Shown here: positions 38,745 through 52,557 of the stretch, one piece after another
Numbering within the stretch: position 1 is the stretch's first letter
How the letters are laid out: each line of letters opens with the position of its first letter
Assembly (NCBI RefSeq): GCF_006345805.1
Contig: NC_043010.1
Coordinates: 7,936,001 to 8,000,000 of the forward strand
Length of the DNA stretch: 64,000 nt
From: Octopus sinensis
Taxonomy: Eukaryota
Direction: 5' to 3'
Position numbers and translations under genes: made by a program
Notes under the pieces: model-generated
Told to the model about the DNA's origin: nothing
Database searches by the model: none
Seen by the model: the letters and a program-made list of their open reading frames with translations, nothing else

Positions 38745-38947
38745 ATCTTACCAACCGGTTTCATGCTAGGGGTACAATGGAGTGTTAGGTAACAATCTGA
38801 GTATATAACCTTATGCTCATCAGAGGTAGCTGATACAGTAATGATATTTCATTCCATATCAACTACCTCTGATGAGCATAGGGTTATATAATTGGATTGG
38901 TACTTAACACTCTGTTGTACTCCTAGTGCGAAACTGATTGGTAAGAT
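38745..38947. mobile_element. Fold-back MITE: 91-bp arms, 21-bp spacer
   Basis: Arms 38745-38835 and 38857-38947 align without gaps at 76/91 identity; TA|CCAA...TTGG|TA ends. Confidence 0.8.
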
Positions 38948-39065
38948 CAGCCATAAGGGATGTATAATACTGTAAACTTCAGATAATATACCCACTCTAT
39001 TGACAGATATACGAGTGCATCTTTTACTCGATTTATGGACTTTTAGATGACTTTTGTATATAAAT

Positions 39066-39098
<33 letters not shown>

Positions 39099-39842
39099 GA
39101 TAGGTAGATAGATAGCTACACACGTGCCTACATGTATATATATATATATATATAATATGTATGTATGTATGTATGTATGTCATGAAAGTCCATTTTACAC
39201 ACTGGAATAAGCTGGATGGTTCGACAAGACCTGGAAAACCAGAATACTTGCACCAGATTGTCCCGGCTGCTTTGGCATAGTTTTTATGGCTGGATGCCCT
39301 CGCTAATGCCAACCATTTTACAGAATGTACCAGATGCCGTAATACATGGCACCAGCACCAGTGAAGTCACCATGTAACTTAACAAGACAAAACTTCCTCA
39401 ACTGAGTGGCAAGTAATGTTAAGGGAGGTGGCTCTATGTCAGATGGTGCAAGGTTAGAGTAAAGTAGAAGGATGGAAAAAGGAGTCATGCAGTAAAGGTG
39501 ATACACGGCTAGTCCAGTTGAAATAAGGGATATGAGAATGAGAGAGAGAGAGAGAGAGAGACAAACAGGCAGACCAAGACAGAGAGAGAGAGAGAGAGGA
39601 AGAGAAAAGATGGTAATGATGTGTTGGGGTATACCTTTAATTTTTAGGAAACATATACATGTATATTTATGTGTATATATACACACACCCAGTGCACTCT
39701 GTGACATGATCACCTTTAGAAATTGCATCCAGTCACAGAAACCCAGTCAAAGCTGACAGTAGAGTTTGGCACCGTCCTCCAACTTGCCAACCCCTGTCAA
39801 ACAATCCAACCCACCCATGCCAGCATGGAAAATGGACATGAA

Positions 39843-39874
<32 letters not shown>

Positions 39875-39894
39875 GGTGGTGGTAGTGGTGGTGG

Positions 39895-39925
<31 letters not shown>

Positions 39926-39968
39926 GGTGGTGGTGGTGGTGGTGGTGGTGGTGGTGGTGGTGATGATG
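39843..39968. repeat. (GAT)n/(GGT)n trinucleotide tract
   Basis: Directly visible; gives the poly-H/T/V ORFs. Confidence 0.95.
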
Positions 39969-40584
39969 AACATAATCATGATCCTGATTATCATGATAAT
40001 GACAATGATGATACACACACACACACACACAACACACACATACACATGCACATATACACACAGACAAGGATTATATAAAACATAGTAACAAAAATGGGTT
40101 AATGGCAGCTCACTCTCAGCCAATTACCCCAGAGACTGACCAAAAACTGAACCCACATCAATTGAGCAGCAGAGATCCACCAACACCACCACCACCACCA
40201 CCACCACTACCTTAATGTCCCTACATTTGTTCTGCTTTTCAACTACTGTCGTTGTTATTTCTGTTTATTTGATTTATTTTGAAAATACATTTTAACATAC
40301 ACAACTTATCACTGCATTTTTACCTTATAGGTGTCATAACAACCAGAAAATACTTTTTGACCATTTCCATGTATGATGTCTCTGTATTTAGTAGTTCACA
40401 TGTATGTAGCAAACATTTATTTAGAACTTAGAATAAATGTCTCATATATCTTTTTTTTTCCCCCCCCCCCCACCACCACCACCATTACCAATTGTTAATG
40501 TACACTTTTAAACTAGATGTCACTTTTATACTAAAGCAGTTTTTCCTGATGTTGCTACATTTTACAATTTTTGCAAATGAAGTT

Positions 40585-40636
40585 GATATTGCACACACAC
40601 ATACACAAACACACACACATACACACACACACACAG

Positions 40637-40671
<35 letters not shown>

Positions 40672-40888
40672 GATATATATGCTCATATGTATATATATAC
40701 ACGCACATATATACACATATATATTAAGATGCATACATACACACATATATATATATAGGTACACATATATACATATAGTTATGAATGTATGTACGTTTGT
40801 TTTTAAGTATATATACATACATATATGTGTATATATATATATGCATATATATATATATATATATGTGTATATATATATATATATACAC

Positions 40889-40939
<51 letters not shown>

Positions 40940-41010
40940 TGTATGTATGGATATATATATTGCATATATATTGATAAACATGGACATATATCATATATAT
41001 ATTATGTATG

Positions 41011-41041
<31 letters not shown>

Positions 41042-41565
41042 TATGTGTGTATGTATGTATATGTGTGTGTGCATGTATGTATGTATGTAAGTACGTCCGT
41101 ACATATGTATGTATGTATGTGTGTGTGTACATACGTACATATGCATGTATGTATGTGTGTGTATGTATGTATGATTGTATGGCTGCATATATGTATGTAT
41201 ATGAAGCTAACATTTCAGTTCTTTATATTGCCAGTAAAATATCTCACTATATACTACATCACATTTTATTATTCATCTGTAGCTCTTTGTAACATTGGTA
41301 AGAAAACTGTTAAATGCAAATTTTTTTTTTTTTTTTTTTTTTTTTTGCAACACAGCAAGCTTGGAACATCAATTTTTTTTTTTTTTTAAATAATCCATGC
41401 AGTGAGGACAGTGTAGACAGAATAATATATGGAATGTCTGAGAAATGTCACCTCCATGAGCTTCAGATCAATAGCAGTCATGAAGAAGCAGTATCAAAAT
41501 TAGGAACTAGAGGTGAAAGTCACCAATTGCATTATCCTTGATACACATGTAAAAAAAATATATAT

Positions 41566-41633
<68 letters not shown>

Positions 41634-41638
41634 CATAT

Positions 41639-41687
<49 letters not shown>

Positions 41688-41772
41688 TATATATATGTAT
41701 GTATGTATATATATATATATGTATGTATGTATATATAATATATATATATTATATATATGTATGTATTATATA

Positions 41773-41820
<48 letters not shown>

Positions 41821-42080
41821 CTATATATATGTATGTATATATATATATACATATATACTAAAACAAAAAAATGAATAAAGATAAAAACTTGCAAACTTTG
41901 CCTCCATTTTTTTTTTTCTGTTTTTTTGTTATCAATCAACCAGCTAAGCAAGCAAAATATAAACTCTGGTGCTGATGTTTGCACACAATTATGCATGCAT
42001 GCTTGCATACACAAAAAAAACAGCCGTCTGCTTGGCTCTTTCATAGTTTCTTTCACTCGCACATGACACACTTAGATTGT

Positions 42081-42113
<33 letters not shown>

Positions 42114-42323
42114 TATATATTTATATATATATATACACACATATATACATATTTATATATACACACACAAACATATATATGTATGTATGTATGTATGTAT
42201 ATACATATATGTGTGTATGTATACATATAAACTATACATATGCACCCCCAGATATATGTAAATTTTTATCATATATACACATACAAATATTCACACAAAT
42301 ATATATATATATGTGTATGTATA

Positions 42324-42410
<87 letters not shown>

Positions 42411-42507
42411 ATATGTATATAAACACATATATATATATATGTATGGAGAGAGAGATACATTCATGAAATGCATAGATATACCTACAGTGAGGCTTCTATA
42501 TATGCAT

Positions 42508-42540
<33 letters not shown>

Positions 42541-42545
42541 TATAT
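40585..42545. repeat. Cluster of (TA)n/(CA)n/(TATG)n microsatellites with short unique spacers
   Basis: Directly visible. Confidence 0.92.
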
Positions 42546-43849
42546 ATTTGAGGGCAGCTATTCCGAACAAGAATTGACTAGACCCGTGACGACTCATCCA
42601 ACCGATGCTAGCATGGAAAACAGACATAAAATGATGATAATGATGATAGCATACATACATATGAGTGCACACATACCTACATTATAATATATTATCTACG
42701 TACACTTGCAATGAGAGAGAAACAAGAAAGGCATCACTTCCTGATTTCATTGCAATCATTGTAAGTATTGCTTACAAATCACATGGTTCTAGAATATCTA
42801 AAAGGGACAGACAGAATACTATTGGACAGAACTAGACAGAAGTCTATAAGAAAATACTTAGTCTCAATTGTGTATCAAAATAAAGTTTGTTATGATAGCT
42901 AATAAACTGCTGGTTCCATACTGTTCATTTACATATTGAAGGTTGGTGTACATTTAGTGTTACAGAAACAAAGTAACACAACTTTGGCATTTAGCTGGTT
43001 TAGTTCTCATCTAAAGAAAATGTAAAAAGCATCTACAATCCTACCACAAAACGTTTTCCTCTGAACTAGATCAACAGTGAAGACATTAAAACCTAACTTA
43101 TTGCTGCACAGAAATCCAGTTCTGACAGTTTTTCCCCCTTTGAAAGAGTTCTTCCTAATAGTTATCATTTCTTACAATGTGTGTTGCAAGTATTTATTCA
43201 AAAGACATTTCTTTTATTCCTCTTTTATTTGGTGTGCTATAAAAATATGCTGCAATTGTATATACAGATGCAAGCATTGTTGCTGGCAATGAAATGAATG
43301 GATATTATACATTAAATTATTGCTTTCAATGTCTGATATTTATAGAAGTTCAAACCACTGGATAGAAGATAGATATTATAATATTGTAACAATAAAATAA
43401 TATGATTCGAAGATTAAAATGCAAGGTATTTGAAGTTATGTGAAATGGATGAAGTTATGTGCTTATGTATATCAAGATAAATTAATTAAAATATTTACGA
43501 TGAACAATGCAATGTTTTAATTGCAAAGAAAGGCTTCGAATAACAATTTATTTCTATTATGAGTAATAATTAATATGAGAATAATTTGTTGAATACATAA
43601 ATATAATTTAATACATTTAAAATTTAGAATCTTGTAATAGAGAAATACTTGCTGAGATTCTAAAAACACGAAGTAAAATATTTTTAAAAGCTTTAAACTG
43701 TTTATGTTTGTAATGAAGCTAAACTCTGTTTGGATATTAAAACGTAACTTTATTCAGACTGACATAGCATCTTTGATAGCTATAAACTTTCAAATTCATT
43801 TCTCTGAATCAGTGTATAATAGAAAAGAGTTGGCATAATAACTATTGTA

Positions 43850-44390
43850 TGATGATAATGATGATAATGATGATGATGATGGTGGTGCTGTTATTGTTGT
43901 TGTAGTTGTTGGTGGTGGTGGTGCTGGCATTGGTGATGGTGATACATCTGCTGCTGTTGCTGATGTTGGTGGTATTTGTGTTAGTAGTGGTAGAGGTGGT
44001 AGTGTTGCTGCTGCTACTACTGCACTGGTACTGCTGCTGTTACTACTGCTGCTGCTACTGCTGCTACTACTGCTGCTGTTGCTGCTGTTGTTATTGCTGC
44101 TAATGATGATGATGATGTTGGTTGTAGTAGTAGTAGTGGTTGTGGCCAGTGGATAACAATGGAAGTGATGATGAGGATCATGATGAGGTAAACAATAATG
44201 ATGATTATGATGCTGAGGCAGATGGTGGTGGTGGTGGTGGTGGTGTGGTGGTGGTGGTGATGGCGATGGTATGTTGATGATGGCAAGGACAATGAAGAAC
44301 TTAATGATGGTGGTAGTAATGACAGTGTAATAATGACGGTAATGATAATGAAGGTAGCGATGATACTGATGATGGTGATAGTGATGATGG
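43850..44390. repeat. Compound trinucleotide low-complexity block (GAT/GGT/GCT/GTT/GTA)
   Basis: Directly visible. Confidence 0.92.
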
Positions 44391-44882
44391 GGAATTTACG
44401 AAGTGTTATAACATTCAAACTTTCCATATAACTCGGAAACTTCTCATCAAATATGGATTTTTCTAATTGACATATTTGTCATTACCATAATTATTTGGAT
44501 ATTTTCTTTAATCAGAGTCATAAAAGGTAAACTTTATAGAAAGTTTAACCTCATTACCAACTCATTATCTAATCTCATGATTAGGGGGTAAAAAAAAAAA
44601 AAAAAAAAAGAAACAACAACTAATTTTTGGCTTGAAAGCTACACAAGAAAATGACATGTTCAGTTTCCACATAGGAAAGAGGCTTTGAGAACTTTATCAT
44701 ATATGTAATGCAAGCATAATTATTCCCTTAACACTAATCTATGTTAGACAATCGCTTTCATGTTAATAATTATTGTGAAATTAGAAACAATTAGGAAAAT
44801 TAGCACAACATTTAAGGTAGTCTTTATTGTAATTTACAGCACATCAAAAGCAAATTTACAATAATGTAGAAATTATAATTAC

Positions 44883-47207
44883 CTGATGAGTTCCTTTAGT
44901 AAATGGCTGTGAATGAATTTCCATAGTTGAGTCTCTTCCTTTCTGACTAAGCTCATGTTTGGATGATGGTTGTGTTGCACAAAAGTATTCTGACTGTCTG
45001 CTGCAATTCATTAGTTGTTTTGGAGGAACCGCTCCGCATTGATACGGAGTGTTCCTTTGGTTTTTTCTCCTGACAATGCATATGGTAATGGAAACAACCA
45101 GTAATACGGAAACTGTCACTGCTGCCACTATGATTATGATGAATAAATTGATGTGTATTTTATCGTCAGACTGAAACTGCACTGCTGTCAGTTTAGTTGA
45201 TGTTTTGTTACTGACAGTCAGAGTTAAGGATAATGTAGTAGTAGCTGATAAAACAGGAATACCACTGTCTTTCACTTTAAGTAGAAGATCATATGATCCA
45301 GCATCATTTTGGTAAACAATCCGTGAAAAAGACAGCACACCTGTGTATGGATTGACAGAAAATAAATTTCTACCATTCCCTCCAAATATTTCAAACTTAA
45401 TAAAAGAATTTTGCCGGCTATCCCTATCAGAGGCTCTCAGAACTGTTATGTCATTTTTGCTTTGTGGTTGATAGAAGACATCAAGGCTAAAAGGGTCGAA
45501 GCTGGGAAATGTAAAATACGGTGCATTGTCATTTTCATCCATAACTTCGATAACTATATTTGCTGTGCTACTCAGAGATGGAGTTCCATTATCTTTGGCC
45601 AAAACTTTGAATTTATAAACTTCTTGCTGTTCACGATCTAATGATTGAGTAGTTGAAATAAATCCAAAATCAGATATTTTAAAAGGTAATGCAAATTTAA
45701 TGTTAGAAAAAAGAAAATATGTAAGCTGACTACCTGATCCAAGATCAGAGTCAGTAACGTTGATAAAACCAACAGGAAAATTAGGCATTTCGTTTTCATA
45801 TGTTAAAAATTTGAATGTTTCTTTTGTGAATTGTGGTTTTACATCATTGACATCAGTTACTTTGAGTGAAAACTCATGTTCAGTTTTCAGAGAAGGAGTT
45901 CCTCTGTCACTGCAAGTTATTGTGAAATTTATTCTACTTTCACTTTCTCGATCAACAGTCTGCTTTACTGATACTTTGTATCTTTTCTGACCAAGACTCT
46001 GAAGAGTGAACTTATTATGCCGGAGGTCACATGTCACTTGTCCATTCAAACCAATATCATTGTCGACAACTTTCACATATGCAATGAAGCTGCCAACTTC
46101 CATCGCTTCAGATATTGTTGCTGTGTTTCCAGTTAATTCTGAGAAATTTACTTCAATCACTGGAGCACTGTTTTGTTTATTGATAATATTTACCACAACT
46201 GTTACAACAGAGCTCAGAGGAGGACTGCCATCATCTCTGGCTTCAATAAATAGTTTATAAGTTTGTTTCTTTTCTGGTTTAAATTTTTTCAGAAGAAAGA
46301 TTTCTCCAGTATTTTTATTTATTTCAAAAAACGATTTTGCTCTCTCAGATGTCATGGAACTAAAATAGTATGATACGTTTCCATTTTTACCTGAATCTAA
46401 ATCAGTAGCTGACAAGATAAGAACTGGTATCTCTTTTGCTTGTCTGTTATTCACTGTAATATTGTAAATGTCTTGAGAAAATATTGGTGGATTGTCATTT
46501 TCATCTGTAACTGATATTTGAACATCCAAAATACCATGTTTTGATGGAGTCCCTCCATCTTTACCAATTACCTGCAACTCATATGTGTCTCTAACTTCTC
46601 TGTCTAACTCCCTTTTTAAAATTATTCCAAGTGAATAAGAGCCATCAACTCTCTTGGAAACTGCTAATGTGAATGGATCATCCTCATTTTTTATTAATTC
46701 ATAGGTGATCTGTGAATTTATGATGCTAACATCTTTGTCGACAGCATGTGGAATTGATTTTTTTGTTCCTTGCCTATCTGTTTCAGCAAAATGAAGACTG
46801 ACTACTTTTTCAGGAAACTCTGGTTGATGGTCATTAATATCTTCAATTCTTACTTTGATTTCAAGTACCTTGAGGAATGATTTTCCTGTACGCACTGCAA
46901 TATCCACCATTTTGAAACATTTAACATTATATTTACAGAGAGTCTCAGCATCTAATATCTTGGCAGTATACAGTTCTCCTCTTTTAGAAACATTAAACAA
47001 CTGGGAACTGCTTCCTGTTCCTTTTTCTAGTTGGCTGAATTTGATTATACTGTGCTCTTTCGATGAGATGTTATCCATTAGATGTGTATCAATAGCAACA
47101 TTACCTAGCAATGTACCAGGACTTTCACCTTCCCTGATGTGGTAGGTAAAATCCTCACAGATACAGGTGTGTAGATAAATCAATATGACACATATGTGTG
47201 TCAACAT
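44883..47207 (-). CDS. PCDH: Protocadherin large exon: signal peptide, EC1-EC6, TM, juxtamembrane tail (775 codons to the splice donor)
   Basis: Cadherin motifs DINDHQP, LDRE, DENDNPP, DVNDVKP, DENDNAP; EC1 Cys pair LCKYNVKC; TM IIIIVAAVTVSVLLVVSITICIV. Donor CAG|GTAATT after Q775; the last 8 aa of the 783-aa ORF are intronic read-through. Confidence 0.96.
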
Positions 47208-47257
47208 GTCACCAGGATTGAGTGTAAGACCGATTCAGTGAAAAAGATCAATAAAGC
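47208..47257 (-). other. 5' UTR part of the large exon, behind a strong splice acceptor
   Basis: ttttttctttttgtttccattgcAG| at 47258/47257; an in-frame TGA upstream of the ATG supports 47207 as the start codon. Confidence 0.8.
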
Positions 47258-48647
47258 CTGCAATGGAAACAAAAAGAAAAAAAGCCATTTTCACAAAGAC
47301 ATAATATAAACTGATTTCACTGCATGACTTAACAAAAATGTTCTTTAACATTAAATAAATCAAAACAAAACACTTTAAAAAAAACAAAGTCTCCCTATAA
47401 AACCGAAATAATTCTCGCAATTTCAAATTTCACAAGAATTTGATCTATAAAATATGAATAGGAAATATTCCTAGTGAACAGTAGCAGCAAGATATATATT
47501 TCAAACTGCAATAAAATAAAACAGTCAATGATGTGAAATGGAAGATTTAGAGGAAATGCGAGAAAGCAGCAGATATTCATATTTCTCTTTGTAATAGAGT
47601 AAAAATCCCAAGATTACTTATTCTTATCCCTTGGTTTTAATTTATTTCTTTCGAAACAACAATGATACAAGCAATGTATCAGAAGCACACGGGAGAAACT
47701 CACTCAATATCATAGCGATGATACCGAGCAACAACTGTTAACTGAATATAACAAAAAAAAAGAAAGAAAGAAAAAAGAAAAAGAAAAGAAAAAGAAAAAA
47801 GAAAAATCACAATAGCTCAAACATGTAAATCTGCAGTGATTATTACTGGATCAAGTTCAGGCATTTTTGCTTCTTCACTAATAACCAGGTGGGAAGGAGG
47901 GCAAAAGCTATTCACGATATATTTTCTGCTCTGACATGCAATGTTTTCTTTAATATTGTTTTACCTTCTTCAGCAGGCTACCAGCCAGCTAGCCAACCAG
48001 CCAACCAGAGTGGTTATGCTTGATATTATGTATTTCCAAACATGAGACATGTATATTGATTACTATCATACTGCATTTAGAAAAGAATTTATTCTGGTCA
48101 CATTTAAAGATTTTGGGAAACTGCACTTCCAACACTTCATTCTCACAGCATCTGAAAGTTTTATCATTCTTTAACCATAGAGAGTTTTTCATGGAATATT
48201 ATTTGTTTTGTTACGTTTGTTTTTTTTTTGTTTTTTTTTTTCTTTTTGTAAGGTTAAAACTAACACCTTAAAATGTGAGAGTGATTGGCAAGTAGAATTT
48301 GTTGCTAGAATGCTTGAGTGACTAAGAGAATAAAAACCCATTTTAATACTGAGAGAAATGGTTTGCAAAAGTTAATATAGGTGATCTCCAGAATTTTATA
48401 TAAAATACAACTATGCTATGAGAATACATCAATAATTTGAACAACTAACAAACAAATATCCACAGAATTAATGTTTTTATTTTATTTTCATGGTAATGGG
48501 AGAAAGACTTAAGATAATGGTTTGGTTCACAAAATTTTATAAATAAAATTTATTGCACACAATAGTGAATAAGCACGAAATATAATGGTATTTTGTAAAT
48601 AAACTAAAATAGCTAAAGTACTAAGTTAGTACAAATGAGCATGTGAA

Positions 48648-48698
<51 letters not shown>

Positions 48699-48727
48699 AT
48701 ATCTATCTGTCTGTCTGTCTGTCTGCC

Positions 48728-48758
<31 letters not shown>

Positions 48759-48759
<1 letters not shown>

Positions 48760-49140
48760 ATTCATGATCATCGTTTAACGTCCGTTTTCCGCGCTAGCAC
48801 GGGTTGGACGGTTCGACCAGGGTCTGGGAAGCCAGGGGCTGCACCAGGCTCCAGTCTGATCTGGCAGTGTTTCTAGAGCTGGATGCCCTTCCTAATGCCA
48901 ACCACTCCATGAGTGTAGTGGGTGCTTTTTACGTGCCACCTGCACAGGTGCCAGGGGAGTCTGGCATCGGCTACGATCGGTTGGTGTTTTTAACGTACCA
49001 CCAGCACGGAAGCCAGCCAAAGTGGTGCTGCCGTCGGCCACGTTCAGGTGGTGCTTTTCATGTGCCACTGGCACAGAAGCCAGTCGAGGCGGCGCTGGCA
49101 TCGGCCACGTTCAGATGGTGCTTTTTATGTGCTACCGGCA
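48759..49140 (-). mobile_element. Long family C copy with internal repeats
   Basis: Reverse complement of 3848-4047 plus four diverged ggtgcttttacgtgccac units. Confidence 0.82.
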
Positions 49141-49875
49141 GCTTAAATCATCAACCCATACCAACATGGAAAATGGAGGTTAAAAGATGACGATGATGAA
49201 GACACAAACAAATATTAAAAGTAGAAATGATATGTAAAATAGGCTGTCCAACATGGTGCTAGCTTAATATTTGACTGCTATAGAAGTAGCTGATCTTTGT
49301 TATTGATTTGGGAATGAAACTGTGTGTGTTTTCTCTTAGGAGCAGTTGACAAACCATGAAGCAGCTCAGCAGGAGACTCCTTTGCCTCTTTTATCTGCAC
49401 ATTTATTGCATCAAAAACATGCATTTATGTACTTATTTAACCCACAGTGAGAATTTAGAATTTTGATTATGTGCATGCATATGTATACATCTCTGACTAC
49501 ATCACCAACACTGAAGTTCCCAAGTGAGCAAAGGTCACCAGCCTGGAAGCCATTTTATTTGAGACATGACTACGTTGGATATATATATATATAGTTATAT
49601 ACAACAAAATATTAAGGAAAGACCCTGACAGGTCATTCGACTCACTTGAAAAGAGCAGCCAAACTCAAACCGCAAAAATAGTAGTAATTCTGAAAACTAG
49701 AGAAGAAATAAAAACATTTATCCCCTTCAATTTTGTACCCTGCAAGGTTTCAACATCTTTCACGCAATCGAATTTAATTAAATTAAATTAAATCCGTTTA
49801 TGCTTGGCTTGTCTATATATATATATTGATATGTATGTAAATATGTTTGTATATATGTGTGTTTATGCTTGTGAG

Positions 49876-50276
49876 GTGAAAGACCACTGCCTACCCAAGA
49901 CCATTATGTACGGTGAGCTCACCACTGGCCACTTAACAGGGGGCACTAAAGAAGCATCACAAGGATTGTCTGAAGCAGTCCTTTAGTGTTGTGACATTGA
50001 TTATTGAGAGGGATCCAATCTAAGTGCTGACCATGCTGCTTGGTGGCATACCATCAGTGATGCTGATTCCTTCTTTGAGATGACTTGCAGTGTCTCTCTT
50101 GAAGACAAACATTAGAGGCAAAAAAATAATACAGTTGCATCATAAAACCCTGGGCACTCATACCTCTGTCATCATTGCAGTTGGATATGTCAATCTTACA
50201 TCAGCTTTATCAGCCACAAACGAGTGTGCAGACATGGACAACAGCCTTCCGAATCTTCATCAGGGAAACCAAGCCA

Positions 50277-50280
<4 letters not shown>
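49876..50280 (+). mobile_element. RTE-BovB-like LINE 3' relic
   Basis: DHCLPKTIMYGELTTGH...CHHCSWICQSYISFISHKRVC (C-terminal zinc-finger-like) and 3' end gaaaccaagccaa; frameshifted. Confidence 0.75.
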
Positions 50281-50313
<33 letters not shown>

Positions 50314-50702
50314 AGATACATACATACACACGCACACACACACACTATGTATATATACATACACAGACACACACATAATGTGTATATGTATGTATCTATC
50401 GTACATATCACGCAATATTGTATGAGTGTATACACGCACATATATATATATATAATTTATATGTGTATATATATATATTATTTATATATGTGTATATATA
50501 TATATATATATATAGATATAATATATATATATATTTTTAAATTTCTTTTACTTTTTATCTAGTTTCAGCTCACAAGCTGTGGCCATGCTGTGGCACCGCC
50601 ATATATATAGTTATATATATATATTGATATGTATGTAAATATATTTGCATATATGTATGTTTATGGTTATGTGGTGTGCATGTATTTATATATATATATA
50701 TT

Positions 50703-50756
<54 letters not shown>

Positions 50757-52012
50757 TGTATATTTTGTTATATATATCTATGTGTGTGAGTGTGTATGTA
50801 TTCATGCATATAGATGATGATGATGATGATGATTAAGATGTGATGAGGAGGAGGAGGAGGATGCATTCTTTGTTGGTTTCAGTGATGAGCATTCGTTTCT
50901 TCAATCAACTGAACTACAGCCTCATTAAATAAATGTTTAAGCTGACATAATTCACAGGCTTTAATCACAATGACACATTGTGTGACAAGGTTGGACACTT
51001 CAATTACAAGTACAAACCATTCAATAGGCGACCTGACATCTTGCACTTACTCAGTTTCACTTAAAAGGCATGGCTCAGACTGGATGTATACGGCTAAATG
51101 ACATGTGCACAAGATATTGTGCTGTCAGATGAAACCCAAGACCTCACGATGGAGAACCAAATGTTCATCTACACAGTAAGTTATACAAACATCCATGTGC
51201 GCACACATGGACACACACACATGCACACAAACACACACATAAAACAGGAAAGAGAGAGAGAGAGAGATAACTATGTCTCTCTCATATATATATGTGTGCC
51301 TTTTAGTATTTATATATGTGTGTGTATTTATGTAATATACATACACACACACATATGTTATATATATATACATGTGTGTGTGTGTGTGTGTGTAATTGAG
51401 TATACCTTATTGATATAATTATTAATAAAATACAATATTTTGTGTCAGTTTTTCAATGGGTTTCATACTAGGGTTGAGATAATCCTAGCAATCATCAGAA
51501 AAGACTTCCTTGTGATTACCAAGATCATCCTAAATGCTGTATGAAACTGATTGATATGAGAATACATTATCGTATTTTATCAGTAATAATATACTCACTC
51601 TTGAAATGAATATATGAGTGGCTATATTTTTCATGCCCCATGGATTTTTAAACAACTACATATATACAGAAGTCATCCTATTGCACTTAAATATAGCTGA
51701 CTTTGCAACATAGGGACAAGACCTGAAGAAGGGAATCACAACTGGCTGCAAAATTTCCATAATTCTCTAGCTCACACGTGTGAACCTTCTTATAACAGCT
51801 ACTGATTAAGGAGCCCAAGCACCAAGAACAGAACTGGGCATTCAACTGCATCCAACAATGGTTTCATAGATAATTTCATAGCGACAACCACAACATGCAT
51901 GGAAGCAGGATGAGTGGGGACTTTACTTGAACACATGAAAACATGGGCTAGAGTGACGATTAAGCCTAAGCAATACAGGAATATAGGATCAGGAAAAGTA
52001 AATTAACTAATA

Positions 52013-52175
52013 GGCGCAGGAGTGGCTGTGTGGTAAGTAACTTGCTAACCAGCCACATGGTTCCGGGTTCATTCCACTGCAGGCATCTTGGCCAAGTGTC
52101 TTCTGCTATAGCCCCGGGCCAACCAAAGCCTTGTGAGTTGATTTGGTAGACAGAAACTGAAAAGAGCCTGTCGTA

Positions 52176-52232
<57 letters not shown>

Positions 52233-52439
52233 TGTTGTGTGTGTGTTTGTCCCCCTAGCATTGCTTGACAACCGATGCTGGTGTGTGTTTATGTCCCGTC
52301 ACTTAGCGGTTCGGCAAAAAGACCGATAGAATAAGTACTGGGCTTAAAGATAAGTGCCGGGATCGATTTGCTCGACTAAAGGCAGTGCTCCAGCATGGCC
52401 GCAGTCAATGACTGAAACGAGTAAAAGAGTAAAGAGAGT
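52013..52439 (+). mobile_element. Family A SINE
   Basis: Head-to-tail match. Confidence 0.9.
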
Positions 52440-52557
52440 AACAGAAGAAGATGCAGATAAATACAAGGACAACCTATTCCCTTAATAGTAAGTGGAAAAG
52501 CCAATCACACTCATTGACATGTAGTAGTCAACTACATGAGACACAATCATGGGTATC

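Noticed and set aside
39723-40123. Poly-His, poly-Thr and poly-Val ORFs (also 43845-44427)
   Set aside because: Trinucleotide repeats open in several frames on both strands.
41390-41541. Coding-looking stretch (NPCSEDSVDRII...)
   Set aside because: No start or splice context on +; a stop appears early in phase 0 on the protocadherin strand.
44856-44882. C-terminal VIIISTLL* of the 783-aa ORF as the real protein end
   Set aside because: It begins exactly at a GT donor and an in-frame downstream exon exists; a read-through isoform is possible but unsupported.
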